Part shown: positions 29,189-37,941 of the stretch, piece after piece | Layout of the letters: each line of letters starts with the position of its first letter | How positions within the stretch are numbered: the stretch's first letter is position 1 | Assembly: GCA_963578655.1 (NCBI GenBank) | Contig: CAUZEB010000002.1 | Location: 1 to 45,536 of the forward strand | Source of the DNA: Dehalococcoidia bacterium | GTDB taxonomy: Bacteria > Chloroflexota > Dehalococcoidia > Lucifugimonadales > CAUZEB01 | Direction of reading: 5' to 3' | Length of the DNA stretch: 45,536 bases | Notes under the pieces: generated by a model | The model's input: the letters and a program-made list of their open reading frames with translations, nothing else | Told to the model about the DNA's origin: nothing | Database searches by the model: none | Made by a program: the position numbers and the translations under genes

Positions 29189-29950
29189 ATGTCAGTCGCT
29201 AATCGAAATTTTAGAGGTAAGGTGGTGCTGGTAACCGGAGGGTCTAGGGGCATCGGCAAGGCTATAGCGCTAGAATTCGCCCGCCGTGGAACAGACGTGG
29301 TATTCAATTATATTAGGAGTCACGAATCTGCTAATACAGTCAAAAGTGAGATAGAAAACCTAGGGGTTCGATGCTTGAAGGTACAGGCACATTTGGGCAA
29401 TAGCAAGAACATTAAAAAGTTGTTTAATACTATAGGAAGCGAGTTTGGGAGTCTGGATTTCTTAATTAACAATGCGGCCTCAGGTGTTCAACGTTCTGCA
29501 TCTGATCTGGAAGAGAAGCATTGGGACTGGACTATGAATATTAACGCCAAAGCGCCATGGCTATGTGCCATCGAGGCTTCCAGATTAATGATAAATGGCG
29601 GAGCAATAATCAATATTAGTAGTTTGGGATCACAAAGAGTGTTACCCTACTATTTTTCCGTAGGGACTTCTAAAGCAGCACTAGAATCTCTAACAAGATA
29701 CCTTGCGGTAGAACTTGCCTCAAAAGGTATTTCAGTCAACGCTGTATCTGGAGGATATGTGAACACAGGTGCCTTAGACCATTTTCCTAATCGAGAAGAC
29801 ATGCTAACTGAAGGGCAGAAAACATTGGGAGGCCGTATGTTAACTGGCGATGATTTAGCACAAGTAGTTTGTTTCTTATGCTCCAAAGAAGCAGAAATGA
29901 TACGAGGACAAATTATTATTGTAGACGGAGGCTCCTCTCTTCACCCGTGA
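29189..29950 (+). CDS. fabL: SDR-family enoyl-[ACP] reductase, FabL-like
   Basis: From memory it closely resembles Bacillus FabL: VTGGSRGIGKAIA, NNAASGV, EEKHWDWTMNINAKA, YxxxK as VGTSKAALESLTRYLAVEL, HFPNREDML, and MIRGQIIIVDGGSSL. The ATG at 29189 is preferred over the track GTG at 29138. Confidence 0.7.
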   Translation: MSVANRNFRGKVVLVTGGSRGIGKAIALEFARRGTDVVFNYIRSHESANTVKSEIENLGVRCLKVQAHLGNSKNIKKLFNTIGSEFGSLDFLINNAASGVQRSASDLEEKHWDWTMNINAKAPWLCAIEASRLMINGGAIINISSLGSQRVLPYYFSVGTSKAALESLTRYLAVELASKGISVNAVSGGYVNTGALDHFPNREDMLTEGQKTLGGRMLTGDDLAQVVCFLCSKEAEMIRGQIIIVDGGSSLHP

Positions 29951-29964
29951 ATTCATTGGATCTG

Positions 29965-31056
29965 TTATCTAATGGGTAATTCCTCTATACATATAAGTCC
30001 CTCGATTCCATCTTTGGACTTTGACATTAACTGTAGGCCCTTACTAGCAATTGATTTCTTCACGTATCCCAGTCCGACACTTTTCCTAAGTACAGGTGAT
30101 TCCTGAGCCGACGTTACCATCCCTACCTTGTTTTCATCTAAAAAGAGTTCAGAACCTGAAATCAGTTTATTCTCCCTCGAAGAAAGACCCACTAGAGTTC
30201 TCTGAACTTTATTATATGTGTCGAGCCTTGCGACCACCTCTTGTCCTATATAGCAACCTTTATCAAAGCTGATTGCATGTAATAAATTAGCTTCTAAGGG
30301 ATTGTTGTCTTCACTAATATCTTTCCCATATGAAGGAATACCTCTCTCTATTCGAATAACCTCTAAAGCTTTCATGCCTATCGGTTGTAGAGAATATTTC
30401 ACGCCCCTAGTGAGACACTCTTGCCAAAGCAATCCAGCATCATCATTTCGTATGACAAGATCATACTCAACGGTATTTAAAAAGTCTGAGCGAATAAGTA
30501 GGGCGTCTATATTACCCGCAGTCACAAAGATAGATTCATTAGGCTTTAGAATATCTGCATCCAGCTTGAAAAGTTCTCTGATCAACTTAGGTGAAGTAGG
30601 TCCAATCAGAGATAACATTGCAGTATCTTCGGTTGAGTCTTTAACGGCTACATCTTCAGTGAAGGTATAGAATGCCAACCATTCAATGACTTTTTGCCTA
30701 TTATGAGGGCTGGTCATCAATAATTGATGATCCCGTAAATTTAGCACAAATAGTAGGTCTACGATCCTGCCTTTATTTGAAGTGAGGACCGTATACGCTC
30801 CAGAATGTAAGTCCAGACTATCTAATTTATTAGTAGTAAGACGATTAAGCAAATCAAGTCCATCGCTACCAGTAATCTTCAGTCTACCTACGTATGATCT
30901 GTCAATTAACCCAACAGATTCAGTGGCAGATATGTATTCTTCCTCAAATGTGGAATACACATAAGGTAGTTGCCAGCCATATTCTTCACAAATTGCAGTG
31001 GCCGACTTTCTGTGGATATCCGTGAGGGGAGTTTCCGTCACTCTATCGCCTCTCAA
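29965..31056 (-). CDS. ygfZ: YgfZ/CAF17 (COG0354) folate-binding protein of the GcvT fold
   Basis: 363 aa with a GcvT-like fold. It carries the COG0354 signature KGCYIGQEVVAR (K-G-C-[YF]-x-G-Q-E-x3-[KR]) rather than the GcvT sequence. Start is uncertain (TTG at 31056 or GTG at 31041). Confidence 0.75.
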   Translation of the reverse strand: MRGDRVTETPLTDIHRKSATAICEEYGWQLPYVYSTFEEEYISATESVGLIDRSYVGRLKITGSDGLDLLNRLTTNKLDSLDLHSGAYTVLTSNKGRIVDLLFVLNLRDHQLLMTSPHNRQKVIEWLAFYTFTEDVAVKDSTEDTAMLSLIGPTSPKLIRELFKLDADILKPNESIFVTAGNIDALLIRSDFLNTVEYDLVIRNDDAGLLWQECLTRGVKYSLQPIGMKALEVIRIERGIPSYGKDISEDNNPLEANLLHAISFDKGCYIGQEVVARLDTYNKVQRTLVGLSSRENKLISGSELFLDENKVGMVTSAQESPVLRKSVGLGYVKKSIASKGLQLMSKSKDGIEGLICIEELPIR

Positions 31057-31165
31057 AAAAGAAAAGTGGCGAGTCGCCTGAGATGATATAGAAGTTTGAA
31101 AAGTCTATGGTAAACCGCGTATGGAATAAGAACTGACAAGATGATCGTTCCATTCTTTGAAAGGA

Positions 31166-31516
31166 TTACACACTAAAAGAAGTTCCACAGCCGCAGGTCG
31201 TTCGAGCATTAGGATTATTGAATACAAACCCTTTCCCATTCAATCCGCCCAAATATTCAAGAATGGTACCGGCTAAAAACACGTAGGATTTCTTATCAAT
31301 ATACAGTTGAATTCCGTGTTCTTCTATTACTTTATCATTCTCTCCCGGTCCATATACCAAATCCAACAGATAAGTGAGACCAGAGCAGCCTCCGCCTTTC
31401 ACTCCTACGCGCAGGTTAGCACCTGGCTTACCAGCCTCGTTGGCGAAAACTTTTACATGAGTAGCAGCCTCTTCTGATATCGATACGGTAAGTGGTTTCG
31501 GTTGTGTCTTATTCAC
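31166..31516 (-). CDS. erpA: A-type iron-sulfur cluster carrier (HesB/IscA/ErpA family)
   Basis: GGGCSGLTY and C-terminal CGCGTSF Cys ligands. The GTG at 31516 follows AGGAGG plus 7 nt. The track start at 31555 is probably too long. Confidence 0.85.
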   Translation of the reverse strand: MNKTQPKPLTVSISEEAATHVKVFANEAGKPGANLRVGVKGGGCSGLTYLLDLVYGPGENDKVIEEHGIQLYIDKKSYVFLAGTILEYLGGLNGKGFVFNNPNARTTCGCGTSFSV

Positions 31517-31744
31517 GTTTCCGCCTCCTAAATAGAGCATCAAAGCATGATACATTCTATAACCAAATACAATCTACGTCAATGGGGTAGTCTACACTTA
31601 CACTGATAGACTCGAAACTTAGCTGCTAGAAAGGATCATAACTTCAGATGAGAGTCTCAGATAACAGCGGCAAGGATATTAATCAATGTGGCATTCACCA
31701 AATCATCATAGTACTTTAATACAGAGCATATTAAAGTCAATTTT

Positions 31745-31951
31745 TCACGCCGCCCTTTCCCCTCCTCCACGTTTTTGCTTTTGTCGTGACGATGAATCGT
31801 TTCGAGTGGTTGGCACTTTATTTATATCAAGCATATATCCACATTGCAGGCATTCTTTGTAAGAACCATACATGTCTCGACTAGTGTGCAAATCACCAAC
31901 ACACCTTGGACATGACCTTAGGGTAATTGCCTCCAAATCATTCTTATTCAA
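31745..31951 (-). CDS. Small zinc-ribbon protein (68 aa), hypothetical
   Basis: CPRC-x19-CLQC four-Cys ribbon followed by a basic/Ser-rich tail. TTG start. Same strand as erpA-ygfZ and upstream of them. Confidence 0.4.
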   Translation of the reverse strand: MNKNDLEAITLRSCPRCVGDLHTSRDMYGSYKECLQCGYMLDINKVPTTRNDSSSRQKQKRGGGERAA

Positions 31952-32386
31952 TGAACTTTTCCCTTTTATTTATGCATTTACATTTTACCTTGGGAAACGG
32001 ATCAAGTCTATCAATATAATTTACCGCTTCAACCCAAGGGCGGTGATGTTAACAAACAAACTTTAACCAGTCAAGGTATTTTATGCTCATCAAATTCAAT
32101 ATTGCATTTTATCTCAGGTTTGTATCTTTCCAACAATAAATTAGTGGATTGGATTTGCGTTTTACATTTTCCTTGTCTATAGTGGCGTGAAAACAGTGGA
32201 TAAGATGAGTCATGTTCACAGAATATACATCTAGGTTCTTAGACTTCTATAAACCTATTGATTGAAATAAGTTTCAGATCGGATTGAGATTAATTTTCTG
32301 CCTCTAGACATCTCAATATTACAAGAACTATAAGTTCAGGTTTATACAAATCGGCGGTACGAGTCCGTAAGCTTCATTGATTTCTG

Positions 32387-33144
32387 ATGAAGTCTGGCTT
32401 ATTGTTTAACTACGGTCTACCTGGGGAGATTTACATCTTAATTAAGCGCTTTTCACAAGATTTAAAAGTTCTAACGTTCGATGTGTGTGGAACAATCATG
32501 GGCCTTTCAGCCAGCCTGACACCTACCATTAGTGAATTTCTCAAGAACGAGGATATCCATCTTAGCGTCACTAAGTTTTCGATACGTTGGCGTATCGAGC
32601 AATATCAATATAATCTTATGATACTAGGACACAATGGGTGTCTTGAGACTTGTAGAAAAGCTCTAATTTACACTCTCCACTCTAACAACATACTATTTAC
32701 CAACAGCACAGTCTTGAGGCACTCATGAAACCCTTGTATATGTTGATCCTTTTTGAGGATACGGTGAAAGGACTTAGAATTCCACAGGATCATTATCGCA
32801 TCATAGCGCTATCCAATGGGGATTTACAATTCCTCGAGCACTTAAATACAAATAATTTAGACGTTGACTTCGACACCATAATATCCGTAGAAACTATAGG
32901 GACTTTTAAACCACATCCTTCAGTGTATCGTGCTGCTGCACGTACTCTTAATGTGGAATCTGGAGAGACAATGATTATAGCTTCACATTCCCTTAATCTC
33001 CTTGGAGCTCGTGCAAGAGGATACAGCGGCGCCTACATCAATAGATACAGTTTACCTTATGAGGGAACTCTACTTCAGCGGGACATCATTACTGATGATC
33101 CTGTCGACTTTGCTTGTCTCATGGTACCGGGAGTAGATTCATGA
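32387..33144 (+). pseudogene. HAD-superfamily type II (haloacid dehalogenase-like) gene split into two overlapping ORFs
   Basis: ORF 32387..32728 carries motif I (FDVCGTI) and the cap region (RWRIEQYQY). ORF 32725..33144, in another frame, carries LFEDTVKGL, ALSNG, FKPHPSVY and a degenerate motif IV (ASHSLNLLGA). The frame of ORF2 is open from 32686 and reads ...HSLEALMKPLYMLILFED, consistent with a single-nt frameshift near 32690-32725. Confidence 0.5.
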
Positions 33145-34283
33145 GTGTCAAGCCTACGGTTATAGTGATAGGAGGAGGAGTTATAGGTTGTTCAATTGCT
33201 TTCTATCTAGCCAAATGTGGAGTAACCACTATCGTAGTGGAACGCGGACGGATTGGAGCAGAAGCTTCGGCCGCCGCCTCTGGTCTTTTAGGCCCTTCCT
33301 CAGGGGATCAACCATACGACGAATTAGCAACTAATAGCTACAATATGTTCCCTCGATTAACTGAAGAACTGGAAGAATTAAGCAATATACCAACAGAATT
33401 CTTCACGTGCGGGATGCTCGAAGTTGCCATTACAGACCCTGAGGTCTTAGATCTCTCCAAAAGGTTCACTGCACTTCGCCTGGCTGGAATAGAAACAAGT
33501 TGGCTGGAGCCTAGAGAAGCTCTCGATTTAGAACCACAACTGACCCAAAACACTGTTGGTGCTATTTATATGCCCAATATTAGTAGAGTTAACAACCGCC
33601 AATTATGTGATGCCTTCGCCATATCAAGTCTCAAAATGGGGGCGGAATTCCGTCACGGAGTGGAGGTCACGGGTCTTATAAAAGACGGACAGAGAGTTAT
33701 AGGTGTCAAGGTCCCAGGCGATAAAATACTAGGCGATAAGGTTGTAATCGCCGCAGGAGCATGGACAGGAACATTGGGAGCTTCCATGGGATTGGAACAT
33801 TTCCAGAGTCCCTATGGTCCACTAGCGAAATATGCTCCGGTTTATCCTGTAAGAGGCCAAAACACCAACCTGCAACCACCGCAGAGTGGTTTGAAAGTGG
33901 CTCTTGGATATCAGGACGGAGTTTTCGTGCCTCAGAGTAACGGTTCGATAGTGGCGGGGCCCACCTTGGAGGAAGTGGGGTTTGATTCCCGAGTCACTGC
34001 TGGCGGGCTTCGTTATATTTTAAACCTAGCTACAACCGCAATCCCATCTCTGGAAAACAGTAACATTAACTGGACTATAGCCGGTCTTAGGCCAAGTACT
34101 CCAGATGAACTACCTATAATAGGATCTCTGCCAGGATTTGATGATCTCATCATAGCATCAGGTCATCATAGAAGTGGGATCAATCTTAGTCCCGTCACCG
34201 GTAAACTGATTGCCGATCTCATTATAGGCAATCCCTCCCCTCTTATTAAGCATTTTAGCCCAACAAGATTTCTCCACACCTAA
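33141..34283 (+). CDS. FAD-dependent oxidoreductase, glycine oxidase ThiO / DAO family (second paralog)
   Basis: MSVKPTVIVIGGGVIGCSIAFYLAKCG and C-terminal GHHRSGINLSPVTG. The ATG at 33141 forms an ATGA overlap with the preceding stop. The track start at 33114 is 9 codons longer. Confidence 0.8.
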   Translation: MSVKPTVIVIGGGVIGCSIAFYLAKCGVTTIVVERGRIGAEASAAASGLLGPSSGDQPYDELATNSYNMFPRLTEELEELSNIPTEFFTCGMLEVAITDPEVLDLSKRFTALRLAGIETSWLEPREALDLEPQLTQNTVGAIYMPNISRVNNRQLCDAFAISSLKMGAEFRHGVEVTGLIKDGQRVIGVKVPGDKILGDKVVIAAGAWTGTLGASMGLEHFQSPYGPLAKYAPVYPVRGQNTNLQPPQSGLKVALGYQDGVFVPQSNGSIVAGPTLEEVGFDSRVTAGGLRYILNLATTAIPSLENSNINWTIAGLRPSTPDELPIIGSLPGFDDLIIASGHHRSGINLSPVTGKLIADLIIGNPSPLIKHFSPTRFLHT

Positions 34284-34353
34284 AACAACTCACAATCGTT
34301 AGGGTGAACCAAAGCTGAAGCAGAGACGGGCTAACGAAGCTAATCTTACATGG

Positions 34354-34388
34354 GATTCCTAATGTGCGAATAGACAATATTAGGAATC
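34354..34388. terminator. Hairpin between convergent genes (10-bp stem, 15-nt loop)
   Basis: GATTCCTAAT (34354-34363) pairs with ATTAGGAATC (34379-34388). It is AT-rich with no clear U-tract, so function as a terminator is doubtful. Confidence 0.2.
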
Positions 34389-34398
34389 TGAAGATAAA

Positions 34399-35268
34399 TT
34401 AATCGATGTCCAAAAACTGTTTAATCCTACGATTGTATTCGGACCTACGTGTTACTTGATTCATCAAACCCTCGGAGGCAACGTTGGAGAGAAGGTCTGA
34501 TGTTGAAATCCCATGCCTTAAGCTTTTTAGGGTATCATAAACAGCCTTAACTGCGGCTTGAAAGGGTAAATGCCCCTGTAGCAATATACGGACACCATAA
34601 TCGCTCAAATACTTTCTATCCATATAGTCTTCATTTACTCCTCCTAGAAGCAATGGCAGATTAACCTCGCAATGCAGCTCTTCTATCTGCTCTCTAGTCG
34701 TGATACCTGTCACAAAAAGAGCGTCAACACCTGCGCGTTCATAGGCTTTGGCGCGCTTGACAGCGCCCGCGATTCCCTCAAATTGAATAGCGCTAGTTCT
34801 AGCAGCAATAACCAGACTAGAATCTCCTCTGCCATCTATGGCGGACTTCATCTTCCCTACGCCCTCTTCCAGTGATATCAAGTCGACTCTATCTTTATTA
34901 CCAAAACTCTTTGGCAGTAAAGTGTCCTCTATTGTCAGAGCAGATACACCAGCATTTTCCAATTCCTCCACAGTACGTCTTACGTTAAGAGCATTACCAT
35001 AACCATGATCCGCGTCTACCATGAGGCTGATATGACTTGCTCTACAGATGCGACGTGCCTGTTGGGCAAATTCGCTCAGAGTCAAAACGATGAGATCAGG
35101 ATCACCTAACACAGTTGCAGACCCGATAGACCCTGCGAACATACCTACCTCGAAGCCTAAGTCTTCAGCAATACGAGCTGAAATAGGATCAAATACTGAA
35201 GCAGGACACACACATTTATCACCTTCAAGAATTGAACGGTACTGGTCGCGTCGTTCCGACAAATTCAT
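34399..35268 (-). CDS. Isocitrate lyase/PEP mutase superfamily protein, specificity unknown
   Basis: 289 aa. Superfamily pattern ASVFDPISARIAEDLGF, VDADHGYGNA and AGVSALTIED. The active-site loop reads EDTLLPKSFGNKD. Confidence 0.8.
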   Translation of the reverse strand: MNLSERRDQYRSILEGDKCVCPASVFDPISARIAEDLGFEVGMFAGSIGSATVLGDPDLIVLTLSEFAQQARRICRASHISLMVDADHGYGNALNVRRTVEELENAGVSALTIEDTLLPKSFGNKDRVDLISLEEGVGKMKSAIDGRGDSSLVIAARTSAIQFEGIAGAVKRAKAYERAGVDALFVTGITTREQIEELHCEVNLPLLLGGVNEDYMDRKYLSDYGVRILLQGHLPFQAAVKAVYDTLKSLRHGISTSDLLSNVASEGLMNQVTRRSEYNRRIKQFLDID

Positions 35269-35381
35269 TTGATATATACCTTCAAATCATATAGTTGAAA
35301 GGCCCAACAGGACCATTAGACAAAAATAAGTTGTGAGTATTAAGGGACGTTACGAAAATTCCCCTTTTTTTACACCAGTCA

Positions 35382-35729
35382 CTAGTCAACCAGTGTTCTA
35401 TCAACATGGGCCGTTGGATGAATAGCCATTACTCTTGCAACAGACCCTGATGTGTTTCTAAAACCGTGCCTCACACCTGGAGGAGCAAGTACAGTTTGCC
35501 ACTCTGAGACGATAACTATTTGATCCCCCAAGGTCGCTTCAAGTTCCCCTTCGACAATAACCATAGCCTCCTCTTTGGGATGTACATGGATAGGTACGAT
35601 AGCACCCGGTTGTAATATAAGATCTGCCACAGTCAACGAATCGGCTCCATTATCAGAGCTTACAAGGGTCCATCGGTCAGCGGTACCAAATTCACCTTTT
35701 GCAACATCTTCCTTGTCCAGTATTGGCAT
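35382..35729 (-). CDS. Cupin-domain protein
   Basis: Cupin motifs G..VPIHVHPKEE (motif 1) and PPGVRHGFRN (motif 2). The ATG at 35729 follows GGAGGGAAGA. The track start at 35777 is longer. Confidence 0.7.
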   Translation of the reverse strand: MPILDKEDVAKGEFGTADRWTLVSSDNGADSLTVADLILQPGAIVPIHVHPKEEAMVIVEGELEATLGDQIVIVSEWQTVLAPPGVRHGFRNTSGSVARVMAIHPTAHVDRTLVD

Positions 35730-35875
35730 TCTTCCCTCCGGTCGTGTTAATTTGGGATATTGTAACTTATAAATCATTCCAATGTATATTACAGTGATAT
35801 TAGAAAGACCCTAACATCTTGCAACTAAGGTTCACCAGATATACACTCAAACAAATCAAACTTCAGGTGTAAATA

Positions 35876-36805
35876 ATGGCTGTTAGAATCGGTGTCGGCT
35901 TTGGGGGATGGCCATTTGCAACCCTCCAACCAGAACTATTATGGGATTATGCGCAAAGATGTGAAACCTTGGGAATAGACTCTTTGTGGTTAAGCGATAG
36001 GATAGTATCTGAAAAGTTTAATATTGAACCTCTTATTGCTATTGCAACCATGGCCTCGTACACGAAAAACCTTAAGTTCGGTACAAGCGTACTAGCATTA
36101 CCACTCAGAAATCCTACTATTCTGGCAAAACAGATTGCTTCCATCGACTTTTTATCCAATGGCAGATTATTACCTGCTATAGGATTAGGGTCTGAAAACG
36201 ATCGCGAATATGAATCATGCGGGACACATCGTTCCGTACGCTCTGGGCAGACTGACGAAGCAATTAAAATCATGCGCTTACTCTGGTCGCAAGATAATGT
36301 CAATTTTCAAGGCAAATATTTTAGCCTACGTGACGTATCTATTCAACCTAAACCCGTACAAAAAGACTTACCTCCAATATGGATTGGCGGAAGAAGCGAT
36401 GCGGCTCTAAAACGAACAGCTCGAATTGGCGACGGCTGGTTAGTTTCACAAGCCTCGGCGCTTGACGTCAAGCGCGGCATTAATAAAATTAAGGAATATA
36501 CTAAACAATACAGGCGTTCGGGGGAAATTGACGATGATCACTACGGTGCTATTTTAAATTTCTGCTTTGCTGACAGTTTTAACGAAGCTGAACTGCTGGC
36601 TAGTCCATACCTCGTGCGAAGCAGACAAGATTCCGATTATCGCAGGTTTTCAATCTTAGGAAGACCCGAGAATGCCAGAATTCTAATTGACTCATTTATC
36701 AAGGCTGGCGCTACCAAATTTATTGCACGCCCATGCTGTCCCCCAGAAATGATGTTGGAACAGCTCGAAATCTTAGGACAATCAATTCTACCCTACTATC
36801 ACTAG
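35876..36805 (+). CDS. Luciferase-like monooxygenase (LLM) class oxidoreductase, F420/FMN-dependent type
   Basis: 309 aa TIM-barrel LLM pattern: GIDSLWLSDR, LKFGTSVLALPLRNP, ASIDFLSNGRLLPAIGLG and IWIGG. Confidence 0.8.
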   Translation: MAVRIGVGFGGWPFATLQPELLWDYAQRCETLGIDSLWLSDRIVSEKFNIEPLIAIATMASYTKNLKFGTSVLALPLRNPTILAKQIASIDFLSNGRLLPAIGLGSENDREYESCGTHRSVRSGQTDEAIKIMRLLWSQDNVNFQGKYFSLRDVSIQPKPVQKDLPPIWIGGRSDAALKRTARIGDGWLVSQASALDVKRGINKIKEYTKQYRRSGEIDDDHYGAILNFCFADSFNEAELLASPYLVRSRQDSDYRRFSILGRPENARILIDSFIKAGATKFIARPCCPPEMMLEQLEILGQSILPYYH

Positions 36806-36927
36806 AAAAATATTATTAATAGAAACTCAATTTATAAATATTGATGGAAGCCTTTCCGGACAATTCACGAATTTCTCATTAGTACTTAAAGTCTCTCAGT
36901 TCCATAATTTAGGGAGTCTACATACAT

Positions 36928-36956
36928 TTGACAGTGTTAACACCCTTAGTTAATAT
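36928..36956 (+). promoter_or_regulatory. Candidate promoter TTGACA-17 nt-TAATAT upstream of the YihY gene
   Basis: Hexamers at 36928-36933 and 36951-36956 with a 17-nt spacer, about 50 nt before the ORF start. By eye only. Confidence 0.35.
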
Positions 36957-37007
36957 CTCTCATATTCTAAATGAATTGCAACGCTTATATATAACTGTCT
37001 GGAGGAC

Positions 37008-37937
37008 TTGCATTTGTACTTTGTCAGATTTGTCTTGTTTTGCGCAGATGCGGTAAACGACTTCCTTGCTAAGAATTGTCCCTATATAGCCGGTGCTATA
37101 TCTTTCTACACTTTATTTTCATCTTTCCCCCTAGCTCTTGCTATTATATCTATTGCAGGTTATGTGTTGCCTGGACACGAAGATGAATTTATGGCCCGTG
37201 AGCAATTGGTTAAAGACATCGGCGAGGTCATTCCAGTCTCTACGTCATTCATCGCTGAAACAATACAGGGAGTCGTTAATACTCGTGCAATAACAGGAAT
37301 TGCGAGCATATTAGGCCTTCTATGGGCATCCACTGCAGCATTCGGGGCTATTAGAAAAGGAATCAATGCGGCGTGGGGTATCAAGAAGACGAGGCCATTC
37401 CTAAAAGAACGCCTTATAGACCTAGCCTTAGTGGTAGGAGCTGGCATACTAGTAATGTTAATACTATTCGCAGCTTCCATATTTGGCTTTTTTAGTGAAA
37501 TCACTTCTGTTTTGATACCAGACGTTAACATAAATAAGAACTTATGGGGTATAGCGGCAAAAACAATCACCGCTGTACTGTCTTTTCTAACATTTCTTAT
37601 TCTTTATCGTTTCCTACCAAATACTCGAGTTTCTCTTAGTGATGTCTGGCTGGGCTCACTCCTTGCATCTATGGCATTCGAAGGAGCAAAATGGGGCTTT
37701 GTCTGGTATGTGACGACTTTCCCAATATATAACGTCATCTACGGTTCGGTTGGAGCAATAATGGCCTTGTTGACCTGGGTATATGTTTCAGCTATCATCT
37801 TGTTGTTCGGTGCGCTCATCACCTCCCGTTATACAGCATTTGCGGGCAAAATCGGTGAGAAGAACAGTTTTAAATTACTTTGGATAGGGCTGTCGCGTGT
37901 ACGGGTTAGGGTTGTTGAGTCTACAGATACCGATTAG
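37008..37937 (+). CDS. YihY/BrkB family membrane protein
   Basis: 309 aa, polytopic. Family motif AGAISFYTLFSSFPLALAI and later LPN..V...DVWLGS. TTG start; 37008 or 37014 fits the GGAGG spacing. Confidence 0.8.
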   Translation: MHLYFVRFVLFCADAVNDFLAKNCPYIAGAISFYTLFSSFPLALAIISIAGYVLPGHEDEFMAREQLVKDIGEVIPVSTSFIAETIQGVVNTRAITGIASILGLLWASTAAFGAIRKGINAAWGIKKTRPFLKERLIDLALVVGAGILVMLILFAASIFGFFSEITSVLIPDVNINKNLWGIAAKTITAVLSFLTFLILYRFLPNTRVSLSDVWLGSLLASMAFEGAKWGFVWYVTTFPIYNVIYGSVGAIMALLTWVYVSAIILLFGALITSRYTAFAGKIGEKNSFKLLWIGLSRVRVRVVESTDTD

Positions 37938-37941
37938 AGAA

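Noticed and set aside
29965-31056. Annotating the GcvT-fold ORF as glycine-cleavage aminomethyltransferase
   Set aside because: It carries the KGC[YF]xGQE motif specific to YgfZ/COG0354. It has no gcvH/gcvP neighbours and is paired with an A-type Fe-S carrier instead.
32725-32728. Reading the ATGA overlap between the two HAD ORFs as proof of a genuine, translationally coupled two-gene system
   Set aside because: The second frame is already open and homologous-looking for 13 codons upstream of its ATG. Motif IV is also degenerate. A frameshifted single gene explains the data better. It is kept as a pseudogene call with moderate confidence, not certainty.
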